Assembly: GCA_044356455.1 (NCBI GenBank)
Contig: JBIKWF010000009.1
Coordinates: 1 to 64,000 of the forward strand
DNA: 64,000 nucleotides
Source: Bdellovibrionota bacterium
GTDB lineage: Bacteria > Bdellovibrionota_C > UBA2361 > JBGSMV01
Direction: 5' to 3'
The notes beneath the pieces were generated by a model. That model had not been told where the DNA came from and made no database searches. It worked only from the letters and a program-made list of their open reading frames with translations. The translations under genes were made by a program, and so were the position numbers. Shown in pieces: positions 9,311-19,752 of the stretch (position 1 is the first letter of the stretch; each line of letters begins with the position of its first letter).

Positions 9311-10855
9311 ATGTCTTCTTTGAAAATTGTTGGCCAGAGCCCACACGAACACGAACATGATGCCGGGGCCTGCAAAACCCAGCCTCAGGTGAACGTTCTC
9401 GCGACCGAAAAAGGGGGAGTGAGCCCGCGCACCTTCGCAGGACGAGCTGCCATTGTTACTCTCGGCTGCGCCAAGAATCATGTGGACTCAGAGGTAATGC
9501 TCGGAGTTCTTACAAGCCGCGGCTTTGAAATCGTTTCCGATGTGAAGGAGGCCGATGTTGCCATCGTCAACACCTGCGGGTTCCTGCAGTCTGCCGTGCA
9601 AGAGAGTATCGATTGCATTTTGGAGATTGGAGAGCTCAAAAAGACTGGCCGACTGCGCAAGCTGGTAGTCGCTGGTTGCGCCGTAGAGCGTTACAGCGAT
9701 CCCTCAGGAAAAAATGGAAGCATTCAAGATGCGCTGCCTGAGGTCGATAGATTTATTTCCGTTAATCAGATCCTCGAGGTTGCCGACGCCGCGGTGCTCT
9801 CTTCTGATGGGGAAAATACGGGCACGGGACTTGAGGAAGTCTTGCAGGCCGCGGCGCGTCCTTATTTCCTTTACGATGATACCATGCCGCGTCAGCTCGC
9901 CACGAAATCCCATATGGCGTACGTGAAAGTGGGCGAAGGCTGCAATCGTCCCTGTACGTTCTGCATCATCCCCAAAATTCGCGGCACGATGCGAAGCCGC
10001 ACGATAGAATCCGTGGTGCGCGAGGTTACCGCACTTTCTCAGATGGGGGTGCGCGAGGTAAATCTTGTCGCTCAGGATCTAACCTCTTATGGCCTCGACC
10101 TTAAGAAAGAAGACGGATCGGGTTCTCGGCAGCTCACGGAACTTCTCCGGGCTCTTGATGCCTCGGGTGCGGTGGACTGGGTTCGACTGCTCTACGCGTA
10201 CCCAATAGGAATTGATGAAGCTCTACTTGACGCAATTCGAGATCTTCCGCGAGTCGTGGAATATCTTGATTTGCCCCTGCAGCATGCAAGCGAGGCAGTG
10301 CTCGCGCGCATGAAGAGACCACTTGGTCGATACTCGCCACGTAAGATTGTCGAGCTCATTACTTCTCGCGCACCCGAACTTGCGCTTCGTACGACCTTCA
10401 TCGTTGGCTTCCCGGGCGAAACAGACGCCGACGTCAAAGAGTTGGAGGATTTCATCCGCGAAGGTCATTTTGCCAGCGTGGGTATATTCACCTATTCGGC
10501 TGAGGCGGGGACTCCTGCACACGATCTTGAGGGACAAGTCAGCGAAAAGGTAAAAAAGAGCCGCTTGGCTCGCCTTATGAAGGCCCAGCAGGAAGTTTTA
10601 AAAGATCGCCTCTCGCGCTATATTGGTAAGTCGATTCAGGTACTTGTCGAAGGTGCCCACGACGAAACAGACCTACTAGTAGTGGGCCGTGCGCGATTTC
10701 AGGCTCCCGAAGTTGACGGAATCGTCATAATAAATGATGCCGAGGGGCTCAGCGACGGACAGTCCCTGCAAGCCTTGCTGCAACCGGGCAGCATGGTGAC
10801 CGTTGAGGTTACCGAAATCGCAGGATACGACCTTATTGGGCGGGTAGTTAAGTAG
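9311..10855 (+). CDS. rimO: Ribosomal protein S12 methylthiotransferase
   Basis: TLGCAKNHVDSE, VNTCGF, radical SAM CNRPCTFC, FQAPEVDG TRAM domain. Confidence 0.95.
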   Translation: MSSLKIVGQSPHEHEHDAGACKTQPQVNVLATEKGGVSPRTFAGRAAIVTLGCAKNHVDSEVMLGVLTSRGFEIVSDVKEADVAIVNTCGFLQSAVQESIDCILEIGELKKTGRLRKLVVAGCAVERYSDPSGKNGSIQDALPEVDRFISVNQILEVADAAVLSSDGENTGTGLEEVLQAAARPYFLYDDTMPRQLATKSHMAYVKVGEGCNRPCTFCIIPKIRGTMRSRTIESVVREVTALSQMGVREVNLVAQDLTSYGLDLKKEDGSGSRQLTELLRALDASGAVDWVRLLYAYPIGIDEALLDAIRDLPRVVEYLDLPLQHASEAVLARMKRPLGRYSPRKIVELITSRAPELALRTTFIVGFPGETDADVKELEDFIREGHFASVGIFTYSAEAGTPAHDLEGQVSEKVKKSRLARLMKAQQEVLKDRLSRYIGKSIQVLVEGAHDETDLLVVGRARFQAPEVDGIVIINDAEGLSDGQSLQALLQPGSMVTVEVTEIAGYDLIGRVVK

Positions 10856-10864
10856 GAGCAAGAA

Positions 10865-11770
10865 GTGACGAATCATTCTGAGACGAAAAACATACCTGAC
10901 GCAGATATGGAACCTTCTGAGCTTGCTTCTTCCTCGCAAGAACTTCGGGAGGGCGGCGTCAGCGCCGCGCGTAAACCGCGCATTGGAATATTTATCATCG
11001 CGTATAATGCGGTGAACCATCTGATCAAGACCATCAACCGTATTCCTAAAGAGGTATACGACAACGTTGAGGAAATCTTCGTCATCGATGATTGTAGCAA
11101 GGACAACACCTATTACGCGGCCTTAGGGTACAAGTACCACCACCGCATTGAAAAACTGACCATTCACCGCAATCAAGTAAATCAGGGCTACGGCGGCAAC
11201 CAGAAGGTTGGCTATCAGTACGCCATCGATCGCGGGTTTGATGTGGTAGCGATGGTGCATGGCGATGGGCAGTATGCTCCCGAAGCTCTACCAATTCTGC
11301 TCGATCCCTTCATGAAGGGTGAAGCAGATATGGTCTTTGGTTCGCGCATGGCTTCGGGCGGGTCGCCGCTCAAGGGTGGTATGCCCCTCTACAAATATAT
11401 CGGTAACCGCGTGCTTACCATTACCCAGAATTATCTGTCGGGCCTCAATCTTACCGAGTACCACTCAGGGTACCGCCTCTATTCAACCCACGCGCTAAAG
11501 AGAGTCCCGTTTGAGTCTTTTACCAATACCTGGCACTTCGACACCCAAATCATACTTGCTATGGCAGAGCGCAACATGCGCATCGTTGAGAAGCCCATTC
11601 CCACCTATTACGGGGATGAGATTTGTCATGTGAATGGTATTCCCTACGCGATTAACTGCATTACCACTTCCTATCGGTTCTATCAGAATAGGAAAAAGAA
11701 TATTATTTCCTATCCCGGACCCAAGGATATTCCGCGTCTTCACTCTGTGGCGCAGGGGCTCTCAACCTAA
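10865..11770 (+). CDS. Glycosyltransferase family 2 (DPM1-like)
   Basis: IFIIAYN, VIDDCSKD, NQGYGGNQKVG, HGDGQY, VFGSR motifs. Confidence 0.9.
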   Translation: MTNHSETKNIPDADMEPSELASSSQELREGGVSAARKPRIGIFIIAYNAVNHLIKTINRIPKEVYDNVEEIFVIDDCSKDNTYYAALGYKYHHRIEKLTIHRNQVNQGYGGNQKVGYQYAIDRGFDVVAMVHGDGQYAPEALPILLDPFMKGEADMVFGSRMASGGSPLKGGMPLYKYIGNRVLTITQNYLSGLNLTEYHSGYRLYSTHALKRVPFESFTNTWHFDTQIILAMAERNMRIVEKPIPTYYGDEICHVNGIPYAINCITTSYRFYQNRKKNIISYPGPKDIPRLHSVAQGLST

Positions 11771-11996
11771 CTTGAGCCCTGCCAGTGTCTTGGGGCTGCC
11801 GCTGAGGTGCCCGCAGACAAGCTTCTTCAAACGGTTTTATTAGCGGTTATAGGAATCAGCCAGAAGGTGGCTGATGACCATGCGAAGTTGCGCGTGAAGG
11901 GGCCACTCTGGTTCTCAGCGCAGTGATTCGATTCCGTTCGTGAGGTACGGATAGGCGGTCTCTGATGACATTGCCTTCTTTTTTGGTATCAGGCTT

Positions 11997-12671
11997 TTGG
12001 TGCGAAATATGTTGGGACGACGCAGACCCGTAAGAACTCGGGGCATATTAAGCGAGCATCGACGTGTCGCGCGCTGCGATCTTAGCTCTCTCAGAAACGA
12101 GATTGTCCTTGAGGGCAAGAGCGAAACCGTCGTTACTGAGCTGTCGCCATTTGCCGATTCTCTGAACGAAAATTTCCCCGAGACACAGGAGACGTTAGAC
12201 TCCCGTCCACGCGCGCTTTCTCGAAGGGGCCGCCTCTCTAAAGTGGAATCTGCGCGGCCTCTGCCTGCAGCGCGGAGCCGTAGGGGCGCTGACGCCTCGA
12301 TGGGGAGCTTTCTTAAGCCGCTTGCCTCTTCGCGTTCCGCGCCCCCCACTGATGGAAGTTCTGCCATGAAGGACCCTTCGCAGTCGAAGCGTCAGCAGGG
12401 CGCCGCAGGAGGGAAACGCCTCGGAGCGGTGGGTAGGCAGAGCCTTCGCGGAGCTCCCCTCTCTACGCCTCTTTCCGGGGTAGGCAGTAGCAGTGCGCCT
12501 ACGCGTTCCCGATCGCGTGGACGCAGTTTCATGGAGGGGGCGACAAGCCCACTCTCGGGAGCCCCCTCGAAGTCTCCTGTTAGATCTGGTCCCAAGAAAG
12601 TTCGCGAGACCGAGATTCTCTTCGGTAATATAGACCTCGACGCGAATGATGACGACCCGTTTGAGCACTGA
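11997..12671 (+). CDS. Hypothetical Ser/Arg-rich low-complexity protein
   Basis: Longest ORF in a ~1.3 kb gap; acidic tail DLDANDDDPFEH; start uncertain. Confidence 0.4.
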   Translation: MVRNMLGRRRPVRTRGILSEHRRVARCDLSSLRNEIVLEGKSETVVTELSPFADSLNENFPETQETLDSRPRALSRRGRLSKVESARPLPAARSRRGADASMGSFLKPLASSRSAPPTDGSSAMKDPSQSKRQQGAAGGKRLGAVGRQSLRGAPLSTPLSGVGSSSAPTRSRSRGRSFMEGATSPLSGAPSKSPVRSGPKKVRETEILFGNIDLDANDDDPFEH

Positions 12672-13109
12672 CGCGCTCAAATACGAACCTTTTCGGCCAC
12701 CGAGAACTCTCCTTAAGAGACGCCCCTTATACTCAAGTTTCCCGCTCTGAGCGTCTCAAGTAGCATTTAAATCGCTAATAGCCGCTTGGGATAAGCTTCG
12801 CGAGTGAATAATTGATACCCAATTCGAAGGCCGTGGGCTAAGATTCCTTTGCACATGAGGACTACTTCAGGCCTGCGGCGGCAGCTGGCTTGCTGGAATT
12901 GGCTCGTCAGTGGCTACTCTCTCTCTGCGTCGTAATTACTTCTTAAGGGTTCCCTTAGGCAGCGCAACACGTGTGGGGAGGGAAGGTGTGCAGATAGAGC
13001 CCGGGCTCGGCCGTCGCTCTAGCCCGTGTAATTTCAGAATTACGAAGGTATCGCTGCACGTCGCAGCGCCCTTAAGCGGGTCGTTTTGAGAACTATCGGA
13101 GATCTAAAG

Positions 13110-14252
13110 ATGACGAATGTTTCAGGGAAGAATCCACAAGTTGAAGGGCTCAATAAAGTAGGTCAGTCCGTGTGGTACGACAATTTGTCTCGCGACGTGC
13201 TGCGGAGCGGCGCGCTGCAGAAGTTGATCTCTCAAGGCGTGAGTGGTCTGACGAGCAATCCTACCATCTTCAAGAAGTCTATTGCGGATAGTACGGACTA
13301 CGATACTGACGTGGGGACACTCTCGAGCGCCGGGGCAAACGCCGATCAGCTTTGCGAGGATTTGATGCTCCAAGACGTGGCCGCAGCCTCCGATTTGCTG
13401 AAGCCAATTTTTGATGCGAGCAAGGGGACGGATGGACATGCCAGCATCGAGGTTTCGCCGTTCTTAGCCAGAGATACCAAAGGCACTATTGAGGCTGCCG
13501 AGCGCCTCTGGTCGAAACTCAAGCGCCCGAACGGAATGATTAAGATCCCAGGGACTCCCGAGGGGCTCCCTGCTATTCGCGCCGCACTTGAGAAGGGCAT
13601 CAATGTTAACGTGACGCTGCTCTTTAATTTATCTCAGTACGAAAGTGTTGCCGAGCAATATATTGCAGCGCTTGAGGCGAGAGTTGCCAAGGGACTGCCG
13701 GTAGATGGTATTGCATCGGTTGCTAGCTTCTTCGTCTCGCGTGTGGATGCGATTTGTGAAAAAACCTTTGATGAGGCCGCAAGGGCAGGAAAGGTGAACG
13801 CGAGCCAGCGCGAGCATTTCTTTGGGAAGATTGGCGTCGCCAATGCGCGCGTTGCCTATGCCCGCTTCGAGCAATTGTTTTCTGGTCCACGCTGGGAAAA
13901 ACTAAAGGCCAAGGGCGCTAAGGTGCAGAGGCCCTTGTGGGCCTCCACGGGTACCAAAAATCCCGTGCTGAATCCTTTGCTCTATGTCGAAGAGCTCGCG
14001 GGCGCACACACGGTGAACACCATGCCACCTGCTACTTTGGACATTCTTCTTAAGGGCGGCAACATACGAGAGCGCCTTCATGCAGAAGTGCCGGAGGGCC
14101 GGGCCTTACTTGCAAGCCTTCCTGAGCTGCACATTCCCTTTGAGAAATTGATGCTCGACCTCCAGAACCAAGGTGTTGAGCTTTTTGCCGAATCTTATCG
14201 TGAGCTTCTTGCTTCTATCGAAGTTAAAAAGAAGAAGGTTTCGGGTAAGTAA
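13110..14252 (+). CDS. tal: Transaldolase (type II, actinobacterial/cyanobacterial-like)
   Basis: GQSVWYDNLSR, GLTSNPTIF, MIKIPGT, NVNVTLLF, ASFFVSRVD, RPLWASTGTKNP. Confidence 0.95.
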   Translation: MTNVSGKNPQVEGLNKVGQSVWYDNLSRDVLRSGALQKLISQGVSGLTSNPTIFKKSIADSTDYDTDVGTLSSAGANADQLCEDLMLQDVAAASDLLKPIFDASKGTDGHASIEVSPFLARDTKGTIEAAERLWSKLKRPNGMIKIPGTPEGLPAIRAALEKGINVNVTLLFNLSQYESVAEQYIAALEARVAKGLPVDGIASVASFFVSRVDAICEKTFDEAARAGKVNASQREHFFGKIGVANARVAYARFEQLFSGPRWEKLKAKGAKVQRPLWASTGTKNPVLNPLLYVEELAGAHTVNTMPPATLDILLKGGNIRERLHAEVPEGRALLASLPELHIPFEKLMLDLQNQGVELFAESYRELLASIEVKKKKVSGK

Positions 14253-14296
14253 CTCAGACCAGAAAGCGAGTCGGAAACTGAAGTGTAATCTTCATG

Positions 14297-14341
14297 GCCG
14301 TAGCGGCTCGCCCATTTTGTGGGGCAGTTGCTACGGCGTTT
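14297..14341 (+). terminator. Intergenic stem-loop between tal and zwf
   Basis: GCCGTAGC(14297-14304)/GCTACGGC(14330-14337) stem followed by a short T run. Confidence 0.45.
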
Positions 14342-14368
14342 AAATCTAATTGTTTAGGAAGCTAGGTC

Positions 14369-15904
14369 ATGGAGAATCCTTTTGCTGAGGGCGAGAATCG
14401 GATCATTCGTCCTCCCTCTACTGCGCTCGTTATATTTGGCGCCTCGGGCGATCTCACGCAGCGTAAGCTCGTGCCCGCGCTCTACAACCTAGCCCACGAT
14501 CAATATTTGCCCTCGGGGTTTGTAGTGGTAGGAGTGGCGCGCTCTAAGTTTTCTGACGAACAATTTCGCGCCAACCTCTATGAAGCCGTGAAGAAATTTT
14601 CGCGCCGCCCAATAGACGAGGCGATGTGGGCTGAGTTTTCGAAGAAAATCTTTTATGAACCTGTCGATGCGGGTGTGCCCGCGGACTTTGAGCGCTTGCG
14701 GAGGCGCCTTGAGTCCATAACCCAGAATGCCAAGGGGGAAGTCTACAACTATCTCTATTATCTTGCGGTTTCGCCGACGTTTTTTGGGCAGATTGCGTCC
14801 AATCTTAAGGGTGCTGGCCTTGTGGAGTCCGTGCAGCACGGCTCGCGCCGCACGTCTCTTATTATCGAAAAGCCCTTCGGGCACGACCTGCAGTCCGCGC
14901 GAGAGCTTAACGCCACTATTCGTGAGAGCTTTGCGGAAGAGCAGATTTACCGCATTGATCATTATCTCGGAAAAGAGACCGTACAGAACATTTTGGTGTT
15001 CCGCTTTGCCAACGGGATTTTTGAGCCGCTGTGGAATCACAAATACATTGATCATATTCAGATCGCGGTGGCAGAAAATATTGGTGTCGGAAGTCGCGCG
15101 GGGTATTTTGATAAGGCGGGAATTCTCCGAGATATTGTCCAAAACCATTTGCTTCAAATCCTTTCCTTGCTCTGCATCGAGCCTCCTATTTCGCTAAGCG
15201 ATGCGGGAAGCATTCGAGACGAGAAAGTGAAGGTGCTGCGCTCCATGAAGCGCATGAAGGTTGAAGAGGTTGCGGCTAATACCGTGAGGGCGCACTACTC
15301 AGCGGGAGCGGTAGAGGGCGACAACGTGAAGGGATATCTTGAAGAAGATGGCGTTGCCAAAGGCTCAACCACAGAGACCTATGTCGCGATGAAGCTTCAG
15401 ATCGACAACTGGCGCTGGTCCGGAGTTCCCATTTACATCAGAGCCGGCAAGCGTCTCCCCAAGCGAATCACGCAGATCACGGTCTACTTTAAGAAGGCCC
15501 CCGATGCGATGTTCCGCGGCAGACAGATTCTCGAGCTTGAGCAGAATGTGCTTAACATCCAAGTGCAGCCCAACGAGGGTATTTCTCTTAAGATTTCTAG
15601 CAAGCCACCGGGACCGAGACTGCGTGTGCGTCCCGTGGTAATGGATTTTAATTACGATCACTCTTTCGGCGTCGCTTCGGCAGAGGCTTACGAACGCTTG
15701 CTTCTTGACGTGATGAAGGGCGATCAGACTCTCTTCATTCGCGACGATGAAATTGAGCAGGCATGGGATCTCCTCGCTCCGGTGTTTGAAGCCTGGGATT
15801 CGAGCAACCCGCCGAAGCTGCATTCTCATGAGGCGGGGACGTGGGGCCCCTCCGCAGCGGCCGATCTTCTTCGTCCGCACGGCCATAAGTGGGCGAGGCT
15901 CTAG
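14369..15904 (+). CDS. zwf: Glucose-6-phosphate 1-dehydrogenase
   Basis: GASGDL, EKPFGHD, RIDHYLGKE, DIVQNHLLQ, RWSGVP. Confidence 0.98.
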   Translation: MENPFAEGENRIIRPPSTALVIFGASGDLTQRKLVPALYNLAHDQYLPSGFVVVGVARSKFSDEQFRANLYEAVKKFSRRPIDEAMWAEFSKKIFYEPVDAGVPADFERLRRRLESITQNAKGEVYNYLYYLAVSPTFFGQIASNLKGAGLVESVQHGSRRTSLIIEKPFGHDLQSARELNATIRESFAEEQIYRIDHYLGKETVQNILVFRFANGIFEPLWNHKYIDHIQIAVAENIGVGSRAGYFDKAGILRDIVQNHLLQILSLLCIEPPISLSDAGSIRDEKVKVLRSMKRMKVEEVAANTVRAHYSAGAVEGDNVKGYLEEDGVAKGSTTETYVAMKLQIDNWRWSGVPIYIRAGKRLPKRITQITVYFKKAPDAMFRGRQILELEQNVLNIQVQPNEGISLKISSKPPGPRLRVRPVVMDFNYDHSFGVASAEAYERLLLDVMKGDQTLFIRDDEIEQAWDLLAPVFEAWDSSNPPKLHSHEAGTWGPSAAADLLRPHGHKWARL

Positions 15905-15991
15905 CCTCAGCTTCTAACTCCGCAGGCCGGGGTGGCCCGCGTGCGGCTGACAAAGAGAGAACACGGAACGCTTAGACAGGAACGAGAAATC

Positions 15992-17254
15992 ATGACGGCG
16001 GCGTCGAAAGGAAAAGGCGAGGCAGGTATCAACTCCGCGGGGACGGCGGGGTATATTTCATGTGCTTTGCCAGATATACAGCGCGCATTAAGCCGGCTAT
16101 TCGCCGACCTCCAAGGCGCAGGCGATAGCTATACCCGAGCTGCGAGCACAAACGTGCTTATTCCCGTTGGTTCGGGCCTCGCGGCAGAGCGCTGTGAGGA
16201 TTTGATTGAGGAGCTCGCCAGGCTTCATCCCAGTCGATTTTTTATCGTGGAATTTGATCCCGGCGTTGAGAAGCTACTCTCTCATGTTACGGCTCGTTGT
16301 CATCTCATGGGTAGATCCCCTGAGGGAAAGGCGCAGCATGTCTGCTCAGAGGTCGTGCGTCTCACGGCCCCACCTTCGGGAGCGAGGGCGCTTGCAGAGG
16401 CCCTGCGTGCGAATTTGGTGATAGGCACCCCCACAGAGCTCGTGCTCTTCGACGCCGGCATTGAAGAAAAGCTGCTCGCGGTTACGCTCCCGCTTTGTGA
16501 GCACTTGTTCCTGGATTCAAGCATGCTCGTAGCGAGCAAGAATCTTCTGAGTACCGCTTCGCATTCGAATCTCCACACCGTTGATCTGCAGTGGATTGCC
16601 CTCGGGGTCTGGCGCGACCAGATTAAAGCGGCTTTCGATGGCCGAGCGACGCTTGGACTTGCGAGGGGCCTTGAGCGAATTGAGATAACTTCTCAAGCGG
16701 CCGCGAGCGATGGCGGTCCGGGGGAAATTCCCTTGGCATCCCTTCTTCTGGCCGGGTGGTTCGCCAGCCGGCTTGGCCTTGAGGTGAGTTCTGCAGCAAG
16801 AACTCCGGCTGCAAGCCCGGAATCAGCTCCTGTCTCTCAGTATGTTTTTAATTGTAGTTCTCCTGCGGGGAGTACCGTACGCGTCGTTTTGACGATGAGT
16901 GCGGAAGCCAAGACAGCCTCCTCGGGCGCTGCCGTCAGTTCCCCTCTATGCTTTGGGGCCCCTCGATGGTTTGGGGCAGAAGATTCACCCGAGCCGAAAT
17001 TGCAATCGGTGTCTTTGCAGGGAATAGTACGGGGCGGAAAGCCGGCGAGCGTGCGTCTTGAGTGCCGCGAACGCTCTCTCGAGGCTACAGTGAAAGCGGG
17101 GGAGGGTACCCTAGTCTTGAGCAGGCCTCTTGAGGAGCAAGGCGCTCTTGCGCGTCTTAAGCGCTACTTCTTGATTGGGGAGTCGACAATCAATTACGCT
17201 TCGGCCCTTACGCAGGCCCTGCATTTTTATCGCCAAGTTTCTCAGACCAAGTAA
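15992..17254 (+). CDS. opcA: G6PD assembly/activator protein OpcA family
   Basis: LARLHPSR, VCSEVVRL, VDLQW, LLAGWFASRLG; position between zwf and pgl. Confidence 0.8.
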   Translation: MTAASKGKGEAGINSAGTAGYISCALPDIQRALSRLFADLQGAGDSYTRAASTNVLIPVGSGLAAERCEDLIEELARLHPSRFFIVEFDPGVEKLLSHVTARCHLMGRSPEGKAQHVCSEVVRLTAPPSGARALAEALRANLVIGTPTELVLFDAGIEEKLLAVTLPLCEHLFLDSSMLVASKNLLSTASHSNLHTVDLQWIALGVWRDQIKAAFDGRATLGLARGLERIEITSQAAASDGGPGEIPLASLLLAGWFASRLGLEVSSAARTPAASPESAPVSQYVFNCSSPAGSTVRVVLTMSAEAKTASSGAAVSSPLCFGAPRWFGAEDSPEPKLQSVSLQGIVRGGKPASVRLECRERSLEATVKAGEGTLVLSRPLEEQGALARLKRYFLIGESTINYASALTQALHFYRQVSQTK

Positions 17255-17380
17255 TAGGTGCAGGCAGGAAGCAGGCAAGGACCGGCGCTGAAGTAAGGAA
17301 AGGGCACAACTTCCGCGAGTTTTTTAGTTCCAAGATTTTTTTAGTTCCGAGAGAATTTTTTTTTCCGAGAACCAGGACCT

Positions 17381-18151
17381 ATGAGTATTGAGATTGTGGA
17401 TGCCAAGCATTTCGCTGGGGGTGTCGCGGATGAGATTGTCGCGATTTTAGATGAAGCCATCGCCGAGCGCGGATCGGCGTCTCTGGTTTTGGCAGGCGGG
17501 AGTACACCGGCTGGTGTCTATCGCGCTCTTTCAAAGCCTCCTCGCACGGAAGCTCTGGACTGGAGCAAGGTGCGCCTTTACTTAGGAGATGAGCGCTGGG
17601 TTCCGGCGTCAGATGATTTGAGCAATGGGCGTATGGTACGGGAGACTCTTCTTGAGGGGCTCGGCGCTCAGAAACCAAAGTTTTTTCCGGTCGACACGTC
17701 GCTCAGTTCAGTTGAGGAAGGAGCTAAGAATTACGAAAAACTCCTTGTAACGCAGGAATGTCAGGGAAGTCCTGCGGGCTCGCGAATTCCTTCTTTCGAC
17801 CTTATTCTCCTGGGAATGGGCGAAGATGGGCACACGGCTTCGCTCTTCCCGCACTCGCCTCTGCTCGAGGAGTCGGCATCCAAAGAGGCGCTCTGCGCAG
17901 TCGCGCAGCATCCGACCGAGAAGGGCAAGCCCGGCGGAGTCAGGATCACCATGACCCCCAAGGTCATTCTTCACGCTCAGCGCATTCTCGTGATCGTGTC
18001 CGGGGAAAATAAGGCGTCAATGGCGCAGCGCGCGCTCGAGGGCAAGGAAGAGGTTGCCGTGCTCCCAGTCAGGATGCTCGCGCGTGTCTCAGAGAAAGTT
18101 ACTTGGTTCCTCGATTCTGGTGCGGCCAAACTCCTCTCCGCTCAGCGCTAA
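17381..18151 (+). CDS. pgl: 6-phosphogluconolactonase
   Basis: LAGGSTP, GDERWVP, FDLILLGMGEDGHTASLFP. Confidence 0.95.
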   Translation: MSIEIVDAKHFAGGVADEIVAILDEAIAERGSASLVLAGGSTPAGVYRALSKPPRTEALDWSKVRLYLGDERWVPASDDLSNGRMVRETLLEGLGAQKPKFFPVDTSLSSVEEGAKNYEKLLVTQECQGSPAGSRIPSFDLILLGMGEDGHTASLFPHSPLLEESASKEALCAVAQHPTEKGKPGGVRITMTPKVILHAQRILVIVSGENKASMAQRALEGKEEVAVLPVRMLARVSEKVTWFLDSGAAKLLSAQR

Positions 18152-18171
18152 CTTCATCACGGAGGCTTCTT

Positions 18172-19362
18172 ATGATTCGCCTGGACGTTTCAGAACGCGC
18201 GCGCTCACTAAGGTCAGAGTTCCGTGCCTGGCTCGCGGGACATGCGGCGCCCTCGACCGGGGGCGATCCGTCGCTTGAAACCTTCATGCGCGTGGGTCGC
18301 TCCTGGCAGCGCGAGCTCGCAGCGGGATCCTGGGTTGGCGTACATTGGCCTAAGGAATTTGGTGGCCGCGGCCTGTCTCTTGTTGAAGAGGCAGTGGTGC
18401 AAGAGGAGCTCGTGCGCGCCGGTTCGCCGCAGCTCCTTGGGCTCTTCGGATTAACCATGGTGGGCCCGGTGCTGATTGCGCATGGCACCGAGGAGCAAAA
18501 GAAGCGTTTTCTTTCCAAGATACTGAGCGCGGAGGAAATCTGGTGCCAAGGCTTCTCTGAGCCAGGCGCCGGGAGCGACCTTGCCGCGGTAAAGACCCGC
18601 GCGGTGATTAGCCCTGAAGGATTCACTCTCACGGGGCAGAAGATTTGGACCAGCTTCGCGCATGTGGCGGATTGGTGCTTTGTGCTGTGCCGAACCTCGG
18701 ATGAAAAGGAGAAGCACAAGGGCTTGAGCTACCTGCTTGTTGACATGAAATCGAAGGGGATTTCAACAAGGCCTCTGACTCAAATTTCTGGCGATAAGGA
18801 GTTCAACGAGGTTTTTTTCGATAATGTGTTTGTCCCCAAGGATAGGCTCGTGGGAGCAGTCGGGGAAGGTTGGCGCATTGCCATCGCTACCCTGATGTAC
18901 GAGCGCGTGGTGCTGACCTTTGCGCGCCAATTGCAGTCAGAAGTGCTTCTGCGATCGCTGCTTAGCACGCGGGGCTCCTCTTCGAGCCCCCAATCTAGCA
19001 CGTCTATTCGCGCAGATATCGCCAAAGAAATCAGCAAAGCATGCGCTATGCGCGCCTTATCTTATGAACACCTTTCCGAGTACGCCTCAGGTAAAAAACC
19101 TGGGCCCGAAGGGTCTCTTGATAAGCTTATGTGGAGCGAGTCCTTTCAGTCCCTCTGCAAGCTTGCCGTGCGCCTCAATGGTCAAGCTTCTGCCGTGAGT
19201 GAGAACGCAGACGGCAATCAGCATCCCGCAGCAGTGGATCTGCATCGCTACCTTTATTCTCGCGGACGAACTATCGCGGCCGGAAGCTCTGAGATACAGC
19301 GGTCTATCATCGCCGAGCGGGTGCTCGGACTGCCGCGCCTTAACTTTTCAAAAGCAGGGTAG
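18172..19362 (+). CDS. Acyl-CoA dehydrogenase family protein
   Basis: WCQGFSEPGAGSDLA, GQKIWTS, FNEVFFDNV, TIAAGSSEIQR; GGAGG RBS before ATG 18172. Confidence 0.93.
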   Translation: MIRLDVSERARSLRSEFRAWLAGHAAPSTGGDPSLETFMRVGRSWQRELAAGSWVGVHWPKEFGGRGLSLVEEAVVQEELVRAGSPQLLGLFGLTMVGPVLIAHGTEEQKKRFLSKILSAEEIWCQGFSEPGAGSDLAAVKTRAVISPEGFTLTGQKIWTSFAHVADWCFVLCRTSDEKEKHKGLSYLLVDMKSKGISTRPLTQISGDKEFNEVFFDNVFVPKDRLVGAVGEGWRIAIATLMYERVVLTFARQLQSEVLLRSLLSTRGSSSSPQSSTSIRADIAKEISKACAMRALSYEHLSEYASGKKPGPEGSLDKLMWSESFQSLCKLAVRLNGQASAVSENADGNQHPAAVDLHRYLYSRGRTIAAGSSEIQRSIIAERVLGLPRLNFSKAG

Positions 19363-19399
19363 GGCGCCGCGTTCCGCCTCTGCCAGTCGGCGGCGGCGC
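19358..19399 (+). repeat. GTAG-type REP-like repeat
   Basis: GGTAGGGCGCCGCGTTCCGCCTCTGCCAGTCGGCGGCGGCGC closely matches the reverse complement of 32668-32709. Confidence 0.65.
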
Positions 19400-19752
19400 A
19401 CGGTCTTGCGTCCTGGAACGTGGCTCCTATCTAGAAAAACGAAGAGCCACCCGAAATTCGTAAAGACTCCTCGCAGCTACTTTTGTCCTAAGAGGCAGGT
19501 AACCAAGAGGTCCCGCGGCCCCCATTCCCGGGAGGTCTCCCTGGCCCGCCTTTTGCACTAGCCAATTCATGAGTGTTGGGCCTTGGCCTTTGGCCTTGCC
19601 CAAGGTGGTGCACTTAAGCACGTAAATAGGTGCTTTCAACTAGTTAGGTGAGATTTTGAAGCTGAGCTAATGGTTCCCCCTATGAACGCCCTTAGACCTA
19701 CTAGGAAGGGATAGGGAAGAGCCCGAGTGGAGAGGAGTCAGAAAGGAGAGTT

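Noticed and set aside
17319..17372. Three imperfect TTTTT(AG)TTCC(A/G)AGA repeats before pgl
   Set aside because: Short and low complexity; probably local slippage
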